From: an uncultured Bacteroidota bacterium
GTDB taxonomy: Bacteria > Bacteroidota > Bacteroidia > Bacteroidales > 4484-276
Direction of reading: 5' to 3'
Assembly (NCBI GenBank): GCA_937950125.1
Contig: CALFEP010000282.1
Coordinates: 21,220-85,219, forward strand
DNA length: 64,000 nt
Part shown: positions 56,619 to 64,000 of the stretch, in pieces
How the letters are laid out: each line of letters opens with the position of its first letter
How positions within the stretch are numbered: the stretch's first letter is position 1
Program-made: the position numbers and the translations under genes
The notes under the pieces: generated by a model
Seen by the model: only the letters and a program-made list of their open reading frames with translations
What the model was told of the DNA's origin: nothing
The model's database searches: none

Positions 56619-57274
56619 GCAATAACATGAAAAAGGAACGTGAAGCATTATTCTCGGCCAAAAACATCAAATTACTCAAAAATCCGGTCAATCTCGACAA
56701 TCCGATTACAGTGCAGGTGCTTGGTATTTGTTCGGCACTCGCAGTAACAGTTCAGTTAAAACCCGCCATTGTTATGGCCTTGTCGGTAACCATTGTGACC
56801 GCTTTCAGCAATCTGATCATATCATTATTACGCGATACCATCCCGTCAAGGATCAGAATAATTGTTCAACTGGTGGTGGTTGCCACATTGGTTATCATTG
56901 TTGACCAGGTTCTGAAAGCTTATGTTTACGATGTAAGCAAAAAGTTGTCGGTATTTGTAGGGTTGATCATAACAAACTGTATTTTGATGGGGCGCCTCGA
57001 AGCTTTTGCGATGGGAAACAAGCCCTGGCCATCGTTTTTGGATGGAATAGGCAACGGGCTGGGTTATGGAGCAATCCTGATTGCTGTGGGATTTATCCGC
57101 GAACTATTTGGTTCAGGTAAACTTTATGGTTACGACGTAATCCCAAAAGCTGCATTTGAAGCCGGCTACGTTAACAATGGCATGATGATTCTGCCACCTA
57201 TGGCACTAATAATTATTGGTGTGATCATTTGGCTGCAAAGAAGTAAAAACCGCGAACTGATTGACAAATCATAA
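56615..57274 (+). CDS. nqrD: Na+-NQR subunit D
   Basis: Rnf/NqrD-type six-TM protein ([11 protein letters not shown]). ATGA overlap with nqrC. Confidence 0.92.
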   Translation: MSNNMKKEREALFSAKNIKLLKNPVNLDNPITVQVLGICSALAVTVQLKPAIVMALSVTIVTAFSNLIISLLRDTIPSRIRIIVQLVVVATLVIIVDQVLKAYVYDVSKKLSVFVGLIITNCILMGRLEAFAMGNKPWPSFLDGIGNGLGYGAILIAVGFIRELFGSGKLYGYDVIPKAAFEAGYVNNGMMILPPMALIIIGVIIWLQRSKNRELIDKS

Positions 57275-57292
57275 ACTGCAGGAGGAACAGTA

Positions 57293-57910
57293 ATGGAACA
57301 TTTATTAAACCTTTTTGTAAAGTCAATTTTTATTGACAACATGATATTTGCCTATTTTCTGGGCATGTGTTCTTACCTTGCAGTATCAAAAACTGTAAAA
57401 ACCTCTGTTGGCCTGGGCATAGCCGTAACTTTTGTTCTTGTTATGACGGCGCCAATCAACTGGTTGGTCGATACGTATGTTCTCAAAGCCGGTGCTTTGA
57501 GTTGGTTGTCACCTTCGCTTGCCGAACTCGATCTGAGCTACCTAAGTTTTCTGATTTTTATTGCTGTAATTGCGGCGATGGTGCAATTGGTAGAAATGTT
57601 TGTCGAAAAATTTTCACCACCCTTGTACAATGCACTGGGTATCTTTTTACCACTGATAGCTGTAAACTGTGCCATTTTAGGCGTTTCGCTGTTTGTGCAG
57701 GAGCGTGAATATGAAGGAATAAGCGAAGTATTGGTGTATGCTTTAGGCTCAGGTGTGGGCTGGTTTTTGGCCATTGCGTCTATTGCAGCCATTCGCGAAA
57801 AAATCAGCTACTCCAACATTCCGGCTCCTCTGCGTGGACTCGGAATTACATTTATCCTTACCGGGTTAATGGCAATTGCATTTATGAGTTTTATGGGAAT
57901 TAAAATCTGA
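57293..57910 (+). CDS. nqrE: Na+-NQR subunit E
   Basis: NqrE/RnfA-type membrane protein ([18 protein letters not shown]). Confidence 0.92.
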   Translation: MEHLLNLFVKSIFIDNMIFAYFLGMCSYLAVSKTVKTSVGLGIAVTFVLVMTAPINWLVDTYVLKAGALSWLSPSLAELDLSYLSFLIFIAVIAAMVQLVEMFVEKFSPPLYNALGIFLPLIAVNCAILGVSLFVQEREYEGISEVLVYALGSGVGWFLAIASIAAIREKISYSNIPAPLRGLGITFILTGLMAIAFMSFMGIKI

Positions 57911-57924
57911 TAAAGAAGAAGATT

Positions 57925-59178
57925 ATGATAGCAATGGGAATTTTTTATCTGATATTGATTGCTACCGGGATATTCCTGATAGTAATACTCTTGTTAATCT
58001 TTATGCTTTTGTTTGCCAAGGCAAAATTAGCACCCTCTGGTCCGGTTAAAATCACCATCAACGATGAACGTGAAATAACCGTGAACGGTGGTTCAAGTTT
58101 ATTGTCCACCCTGGCCAACGAGAAAATATTTCTTCCTTCAGCCTGTGGCGGTGGTGGTACCTGTGCCATGTGTAAATGCCAGGTGTTAGAAGGTGGTGGA
58201 TCAATTTTGCCCACAGAAGTTGGCTATTTCACCCGAAAGGAACAACAAAACAACTGGAGGCTTGGCTGCCAGGTAAAGGTACGCGAGGACATGAAAATTC
58301 ATGTGCACCCCGAAATTTTTGGCATTAAAAAATGGGAGTGCGAGGTTGTTTCCAACCATAATGTGGCCACCTTTATTAAAGAATTTGTAGTAAAACTGCC
58401 TGAAGGCGAAACCCTTGATTTCAAATCAGGAGGATACATCCAGATTGATGTTCCTGCTTGTGAGGTTGACTACAAAGATATTCAGGTGGAACCGGAATAT
58501 CGTGAAGAATGGGACAAGTTTAAAATGTGGGATTTGAAGATGAAAAATCCTGAGCCCATTTTCCGCGCCTATTCCATGGCCAACCACCCGGCCGAAGGCA
58601 ACATTGTGATGCTCAACATCCGCATTGCAACCCCGCCATGGGACCGGAAAGCCGGTGCATTTATGAAAGTAAATCCCGGGATTTGTTCCTCCTACATTTT
58701 TTCGCGCAAACCCGGCGACAAAGTCACCGTTTCGGGGCCTTACGGCGAGTTTTTTATCAAACCAACCAACCGCGAAATGATGTTTATCGGCGGCGGAGCC
58801 GGCATGGCGCCAATGCGTTCGCATATCTTCGACCAGTTCCAGACACGCAAAACCAGCCGCAAAGCAACCTTTTGGTATGGTGGCCGCTCGTTGCGTGAAC
58901 TTTTCTATATGGATCATTTTGAAAAAATCCAAAAAGAAAATCCAAATTTTACTTTTAATGTTGCCCTTTCGGAACCAAAACCCGAAGACAACTGGACGGG
59001 TTACACAGGTTTTATCCATCAGGTAATCCTGGATAATTATCTGAAAACCCACCCTGAACCCGAAGAAATTGAATATTACATTTGCGGCCCCCCAATGATG
59101 AATGATGCTGTTATTAAAATGTTGGACGAATATGGGGTTCCCAAAGAAAACGTAGCGTTTGATGATTTTGGAGGATAA
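57925..59178 (+). CDS. nqrF: Na+-NQR subunit F
   Basis: N-terminal TM helix, 2Fe-2S motif [15 protein letters not shown] motif RAYSMAN, and NADH motif GGGAGMAPM. Confidence 0.95.
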   Translation: MIAMGIFYLILIATGIFLIVILLLIFMLLFAKAKLAPSGPVKITINDEREITVNGGSSLLSTLANEKIFLPSACGGGGTCAMCKCQVLEGGGSILPTEVGYFTRKEQQNNWRLGCQVKVREDMKIHVHPEIFGIKKWECEVVSNHNVATFIKEFVVKLPEGETLDFKSGGYIQIDVPACEVDYKDIQVEPEYREEWDKFKMWDLKMKNPEPIFRAYSMANHPAEGNIVMLNIRIATPPWDRKAGAFMKVNPGICSSYIFSRKPGDKVTVSGPYGEFFIKPTNREMMFIGGGAGMAPMRSHIFDQFQTRKTSRKATFWYGGRSLRELFYMDHFEKIQKENPNFTFNVALSEPKPEDNWTGYTGFIHQVILDNYLKTHPEPEEIEYYICGPPMMNDAVIKMLDEYGVPKENVAFDDFGG

Positions 59179-59379
59179 ATTATTGAGTCCAGTCTAAAAA
59201 GGTCATGTTTCATATTTTGCCACAAAAACCTGTCTGCTACAGGCAGGCACAAAAGCTCTAAATAACACAAAACAATGAATTCCAATGTAATAACATTTCG
59301 AGGAATTTTGTGTTTTAGTGCTGTAGAGGCAAAAAATTAGTTTTTAGACTGAGTTCATTATTTCAAAATAAGCATTAAA

Positions 59380-59412
59380 GCCTCTTCAACCCTGATTGAA
59401 GGGGCTTTTTTT
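59380..59412 (+). terminator. Intrinsic terminator of the nqr operon
   Basis: GCCTCTTCAA / TTGAAGGGGC 10-bp stem (one G-U) with a 6-nt loop, followed by T7. It lies 200 nt after the nqrF stop. Confidence 0.8.
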
Positions 59413-59479
59413 CGTTTCATCCTAAAAGTTTTTTTTTCGGCAATTTTCAATTTTTTGTTTATTTGAATCAAAAAAACCA

Positions 59480-61411
59480 ATGAAAGTTTTTACAGTAATA
59501 TTCATCGCAACGTTGTTTTTTATGTCGCCCATCACAAAAAGTCAAAATATTTACAAACAGCTAAAACCAAAAAAAGAGAATTATTCGCCTTTACCCTGTG
59601 GCGAAATAAAACCAATAGGGTGGATCAGGCAACAGATGGTGGAAGACCTCGAGGGCTTTGTTGGCAACCTCGATAAACTTGTTCCCGGATTAATTCTGGA
59701 CGACGATATTTACGGAAAAAACCGATTGAGTAAAACCGTTAAAACGAAAAATCTGGGCAACATCATCGACGGAACCGGTTGGGAGGTACAACTCCTGTGG
59801 TGGAACAGCGAAACACAATCGAACTGGTGGGATGGTTACATCAGGAATGCTTTTTTGACCGATGATTCTGCTCACATCATTAATATTCGGAAATACGTTC
59901 AGCGAATTTTGGCTACGCAGGACGAAGATGGTTACCTGGGTATTTACCAGCCCGATCTCAGGTATAATTTTCACGATGAAAATGGTGAACTTTGGTCGAA
60001 GGCCACATTGCTGCGCGGATTGCTGGCTTATTATGAATTCACGAATGATCAGGCAGTATTGGAGTCGGTAGAGCGCGCTGTACAAAATGTGATGGAAAAT
60101 TATCCAATCCACACATCATCGCCTTTCAAAGTTGACAAACCCTCGGCGGGTGGCGTGAGTCATGGGTTGGTTTTTACAGATGTGCTGGATAAACTGCATC
60201 AGATAACCGGAAACGAAGACTATTGGAGCTATGCTCTGTTTTTGTATGAAGATTATTCAAAAAACAACCTTGGTGAAAAGGATGTACAATACGAAAATAT
60301 TATCAATCCTGATTTTCATCTATCAGGGCACGGTGTGCACACTTATGAACATCTCAGGCCGCTTAGCGTTGCAGCCTGGTCATCAGGAAACCCATACCTG
60401 CTAAATGCGCTTGCTATTTATCAGGAAAAAATTAAAAAATGCCTCACACCAACTGGTGGCCCGATTGGAGATGAATGGATTGTTGGGCGCACTGCTGATG
60501 CCACCAAAACCGGCTACGAATATTGTTCCATCCACGAAATGATGGATTCATACTGCCTTTTGCTTCAAAAATCAGGTAATGCTGAATATTCAGATGATAT
60601 CGAAAGAATTTTTTTCAATGCCGCACAGGGCGCCAGGCATCCCGAAAAAAGCTGCATCGCCTACCTGAAAACCGACAATTCGTATGAAATGACCGGAACA
60701 CTCAATGGTGAACCAGACCCTCAAAACAAGCAGACGCGTTACAAATATTCGCCAGCCCACCAGGATGTTGCCGTTTGCTGTGTTCCCAATGCCGGAAGAA
60801 TTACGCCCTATTTTGTGCAAAATATGTGGCTGAAAGATAAAAATGAAATTGCGGCCACCTTGCTTGGACCTTCAGAAGTAAACACAACCATTTCAGGAAA
60901 TCCTGTAAAAATCATCGAGCAGACTGATTATCCTTACAAAAACACGTTTCATTTTGATGTTCAGGTAGAAAAACCATTCCGGTTTACGCTGAAAATAAGA
61001 AAACCGTCATGGGTTAAAAATGTAAAGACCAACTACAATTTTACCGAAAAGGATGGTTTTCTTCTGTTTACAAAAAAATGGGAAGGCGTCGAAAGACTCT
61101 TTGTGGAATTTGAGGCTGATATTGCGAAAAGCGAATCAGGAAATCAAACCTGGTTTACCTATGGCGCCCTGGTGCTTGCCCTGCCTGTTGAACCAGTTGA
61201 AATTCCCGACAGGATTTATGCTACAGGATTTCAGGATTACAAATATTCATCAGTTGAAAAAGTGGTTTATGAATACAAGAACGGGATGGTTGAAAAGCTG
61301 CCGGGTGAACTCAGATTCAGCGCTGTCCTTTATAATCCTGTAAAAGGAACGACAGAAGAAAAATTCTTAATCCCGGTTAGCAAAACAATTTTAAGACAAG
61401 TAACTTTTTAA
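59480..61411 (+). CDS. DUF1680 / GH127-like glycoside hydrolase (beta-L-arabinofuranosidase family)
   Basis: 643 aa with a signal peptide. E-x-C (GYEYCS) and, 84 residues later, CC-x-P-N (VCCVPN) match the Glu/Cys3 zinc and nucleophile site arrangement known for GH127 HypBA1. Confidence 0.6.
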   Translation: MKVFTVIFIATLFFMSPITKSQNIYKQLKPKKENYSPLPCGEIKPIGWIRQQMVEDLEGFVGNLDKLVPGLILDDDIYGKNRLSKTVKTKNLGNIIDGTGWEVQLLWWNSETQSNWWDGYIRNAFLTDDSAHIINIRKYVQRILATQDEDGYLGIYQPDLRYNFHDENGELWSKATLLRGLLAYYEFTNDQAVLESVERAVQNVMENYPIHTSSPFKVDKPSAGGVSHGLVFTDVLDKLHQITGNEDYWSYALFLYEDYSKNNLGEKDVQYENIINPDFHLSGHGVHTYEHLRPLSVAAWSSGNPYLLNALAIYQEKIKKCLTPTGGPIGDEWIVGRTADATKTGYEYCSIHEMMDSYCLLLQKSGNAEYSDDIERIFFNAAQGARHPEKSCIAYLKTDNSYEMTGTLNGEPDPQNKQTRYKYSPAHQDVAVCCVPNAGRITPYFVQNMWLKDKNEIAATLLGPSEVNTTISGNPVKIIEQTDYPYKNTFHFDVQVEKPFRFTLKIRKPSWVKNVKTNYNFTEKDGFLLFTKKWEGVERLFVEFEADIAKSESGNQTWFTYGALVLALPVEPVEIPDRIYATGFQDYKYSSVEKVVYEYKNGMVEKLPGELRFSAVLYNPVKGTTEEKFLIPVSKTILRQVTF

Positions 61412-61433
61412 TAATTAACCAGAAGAAATTCGT

Positions 61434-62354
61434 ATGAAAACTCTTTGCGCGCTTATTTCCATATTTTTAATTCAATCAGCTACTTTCGCTCAAAAACCTG
61501 CTATTTCGACTGGTACCCTCGAAAGCTACACCGATTTTCAATCGCAGTATGTAATGCCCAGAAATGTGGATGTTTGGTTACCCGATGGGTTTTCAAATCA
61601 AAAAAAGTATGCAGTGCTGTACATGCACGACGGGCAGATGCTTTTCGATTCAACCACTACATGGAACAAACAGGAATGGGGTGTTGATGAAACCCTGAGC
61701 AACCTGTTAAAAACCAACAAAATAAAAGACTGCATTGTTGTGGCAATCTGGAATACAAAACTGCGGCATCAGGAATATTTCCCGCAAAAAGCTTTCGAAT
61801 ACATGGCTGAGTGTCAGATAACTGATTTGCTGAATGCAACAAGATTTGAGGGTGCTCCTCCCCTTTTGGGCGAAGGACCTGTTTCTGACAATTACCTGCA
61901 TTTTATCGTTGAAGAACTCAAACCCTTTGTCGATACCACCTACCCGACACTTTCCGCATCCGAAAATACCTTTATTGCCGGATCGAGTATGGGGGGCTTG
62001 ATATCGATGTATGCCATGTGCGAATATCCCGATATTTTTGGCGGGGCTGCCTGTCTTTCAACACATTGGCCTGGAATTTTTACGGTGGAAAACAATCCCG
62101 TTCCTTTTGCGTTTCTGGATTACCTGAACGACCATTTAGCGCCACCTGAAAATCATAAATTCTATTTCGACTTTGGAACTGCCACCCTCGATTCGTTGTA
62201 CGAGCCTTTTCAAATACAGGCCGATGAAATATTGAAAAGCAAAGGATATTCTGAAAAAAATTGGATGACCAGAAAATTTCAGGGTGCGGATCATTCGGAA
62301 AATGCCTGGCGAAGCCGGCTGGAAATACCCATTATGTTTTTGCTCGGAGATTGA
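61434..62354 (+). CDS. Secreted alpha/beta-hydrolase (putative-esterase family)
   Basis: Signal peptide MKTLCALISIFLIQSATFAQ, LYMHDGQ, and nucleophile elbow GSSMGG. Confidence 0.75.
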   Translation: MKTLCALISIFLIQSATFAQKPAISTGTLESYTDFQSQYVMPRNVDVWLPDGFSNQKKYAVLYMHDGQMLFDSTTTWNKQEWGVDETLSNLLKTNKIKDCIVVAIWNTKLRHQEYFPQKAFEYMAECQITDLLNATRFEGAPPLLGEGPVSDNYLHFIVEELKPFVDTTYPTLSASENTFIAGSSMGGLISMYAMCEYPDIFGGAACLSTHWPGIFTVENNPVPFAFLDYLNDHLAPPENHKFYFDFGTATLDSLYEPFQIQADEILKSKGYSEKNWMTRKFQGADHSENAWRSRLEIPIMFLLGD

Positions 62355-62424
62355 AATGAGTAAAACCCTTCAGGTCTAAATTGGACATGTTGAGCGCAGC
62401 ATTTTTAGCAGCCGTTCTTAAAAA

Positions 62425-63204
62425 TCAATTCATTCCTCTTTCCTTTTTTATGGCTTCATAAGCTGCGTTCAAATCCTGGAATTTCTTATTTGCAGCCTCC
62501 TTAATATCTTGTCCTAAGTGCTCTACTTTATCAGGGTGATATTTTACTGCCATTTTGCGGTAAGCTTTTTTCACTTCCTCGTTCGAAGCTTCGGGTGATA
62601 TTTCCAGAATTTTATAATTATTTTGGTTGTCCTTTACAAACATGGCCTTGATGGATTCAAAATCACCCGATTTTATTCCCATAAAGTTGGCAATGGTTTG
62701 AATTACTTCAATTTCACCCGGGTGCGAAACACCGTCAGCCTGTGAAATTCCGAAAAGGAAATGCAGCAACTGCAATTTTGAAGAGTAATCCATATAGCGC
62801 CCAACCTGCTGGGCAACTGATGAAAGATCGAAATTTTTATCCAACATTTCGCGTAGTATCAACAGGCTTTGCTGAACAAGTTCATCGGGGAACTGGCTGC
62901 GCAAAAATGTTTTTACATACTCGAGCTCTGACTTCAACACCCTGCCATCGGCTTTCATTACGGCAGCGGCTAAAACCATCAGACTTACTGTGAAATCCCC
63001 TGGCTGTGTCCGTGCGGCAGTGGGTCGCCGGTAACGCTCATAAGGCGGTTCGCTGCTCTGTTCACCAATTGGAGGACGCCACTCAAATTGTGAGCTTTGC
63101 ATTCCGTCGAACATCGATCCAAATAAAAAACCCAACAGTCCGCCTATTGGGCCACCCAAAACCCAACCCAGGCCTCCGCCGATCCATTTTCCGTATTTTC
63201 CCAT
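62425..63204 (-). CDS. DjlA-like membrane co-chaperone (Gly-zipper anchor + TerB-like domain + C-terminal J domain)
   Basis: N-terminal GKWIGGGLGWVLGGPIGGLLGFLFG, and a C-terminal J domain YKILEISPEASNEEVKKAYRKMAVKYHPDK. Confidence 0.8.
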   Translation of the reverse strand: MGKYGKWIGGGLGWVLGGPIGGLLGFLFGSMFDGMQSSQFEWRPPIGEQSSEPPYERYRRPTAARTQPGDFTVSLMVLAAAVMKADGRVLKSELEYVKTFLRSQFPDELVQQSLLILREMLDKNFDLSSVAQQVGRYMDYSSKLQLLHFLFGISQADGVSHPGEIEVIQTIANFMGIKSGDFESIKAMFVKDNQNNYKILEISPEASNEEVKKAYRKMAVKYHPDKVEHLGQDIKEAANKKFQDLNAAYEAIKKERGMN

Positions 63205-63413
63205 TTGATTTAAAATTAGAGGTGCAAAAGTATAAAAGGTTTGATTAAGAATAATAAATGGGGCTTTTGTCGAAAAGCACGTGCATCAACTACCACAGAG
63301 GAGGATTACTTGTCGGTTGTTGTTTTAAGGAGTTAATGTAAAGCCCATGATAACAATCGAACGAAGTTGGGAAAAGGTGAAAATGTTAGAAAAAAAGGTT
63401 GCTCACAGATTCG

Positions 63414-64000
63414 TCATTTGGGTTCCAGGCCAATTTCGGAAGGTGGTTTGTACCCGGGCGAATTTTTATCGTCCATTCTCACATCGACGTCATTTACAAA
63501 ATGCCATTTATGATCCTCAAAAAAGTAGCCGTCAAATTTATCATAACTGGGAACCAGGGCATTGAACGAATTTCTGAATAAAGGGTTGTTTCCCGATAAG
63601 TGATTGAAAACGATCATCCACTTTTTCTTCTTTTCGTTTTTCAGGCGTTGTTGTTCATATCCAAGATGAAATGGAACCTGGTCAGTAAATTCCAAAATGA
63701 CCCTGCTTTTTGATTTCTTGCTATTATCAGTGATAAATACCGGAGCGCCAAACACCGGATTACCGGCCTGGTCGAACGTTAATACCTCGAGCACACGGCG
63801 TGCTTTGCCTTCACCGCCGCCCATCCAGCCAATCAGTGTGTAAAATCGTCCGTTGTCATTTTTATTTTCAATGATCTGTGTGTAAACAGCTGAAGGCCAA
63901 TCGTCTTTTTGGTAGCTGCTATTTTCGTCAGGCCCGCTTTTTCCCGATTCAAGCCTGACAACAGCTGCGACTTGACCATTTGATATTTTCTGAATAAAAC
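63414..64000 (-). CDS. Hypothetical protein (C-terminal part; N-terminus beyond the window end)
   Basis: The track lists 63414-63824 from an internal Met. My manual extension shows the frame stays open to base 64000 (...FIQKISNGQVAAVVRLESGKSGPDENSSYQKDDWPSAVYTQIIENKNDNGRFYTLIGWMGGGEG...). No motif recognised. Confidence 0.55.
   Translation of the reverse strand, partial: FIQKISNGQVAAVVRLESGKSGPDENSSYQKDDWPSAVYTQIIENKNDNGRFYTLIGWMGGGEGKARRVLEVLTFDQAGNPVFGAPVFITDNSKKSKSRVILEFTDQVPFHLGYEQQRLKNEKKKKWMIVFNHLSGNNPLFRNSFNALVPSYDKFDGYFFEDHKWHFVNDVDVRMDDKNSPGYKPPSEIGLEPK

Noticed and set aside
59190-59351. Invertible-promoter (inverton) reading of the 11-bp inverted repeats flanking 140 bp upstream of the GH127-like gene
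   Set aside because: I found no TAnnTTTG promoter box in either orientation inside the segment and no recombinase gene nearby. Extensive internal complementarity fits an RNA structure better.
1-64000. CRISPR arrays, rRNA genes, prophage, conjugative or defence-island content
   Set aside because: I saw no regularly spaced direct repeats, no rRNA-like sequence, and no nuclease, ATPase, reverse-transcriptase, integrase or capsid-like ORFs. Gene content is housekeeping throughout.

Overview
This 64-kb window reads as core chromosome of a Bacteroidota (Bacteroidia-like) bacterium. Supporting signs are Bacteroidetes-type TAnnTTTG -7 promoter boxes close to start codons, T9SS parts (PorT, a DUF5103/plug-like protein, a CTD-tagged cargo), the Na+-NQR operon nqrABCDEF, two large TonB-dependent receptors, and GH97 and GH127-like glycosidases. 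I call 54 protein-coding genes (two cut by the window edges), one tRNA-His(GTG), one cobalamin riboswitch with its own attenuator in front of a TonB-dependent receptor, several intrinsic terminators and a few promoter boxes. The ORF track uses TTG/GTG as well as ATG starts, so I moved several starts to downstream ATGs where a signal peptide or a promoter box supports it. I see no CRISPR array, rRNA, intact mobile element, integrase/recombinase, or recognisable defence or toxin system. I could not identify a clear-cut new multi-gene system. The least explained items are: (1) two ORF-free but not AT-rich stretches (8365-8833 and 41375-41915) containing stable hairpins; (2) a roughly 165-nt multi-hairpin element between the nqrF stop codon and the operon terminator; (3) a perfect 20-bp Fur-box-like palindrome whose 11-nt half recurs upstream of a TonB-dependent receptor, near a fur-family/bfr/peroxiredoxin operon; (4) a cytoplasmic hypothetical gene packed directly behind porT; (5) a FadL-channel plus SGNH-lipoprotein pair; (6) a transposase-derived zinc-ribbon-only gene paired with a VOC enzyme. 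All functional calls come from reading the translated ORFs and the DNA by eye, with no database search.
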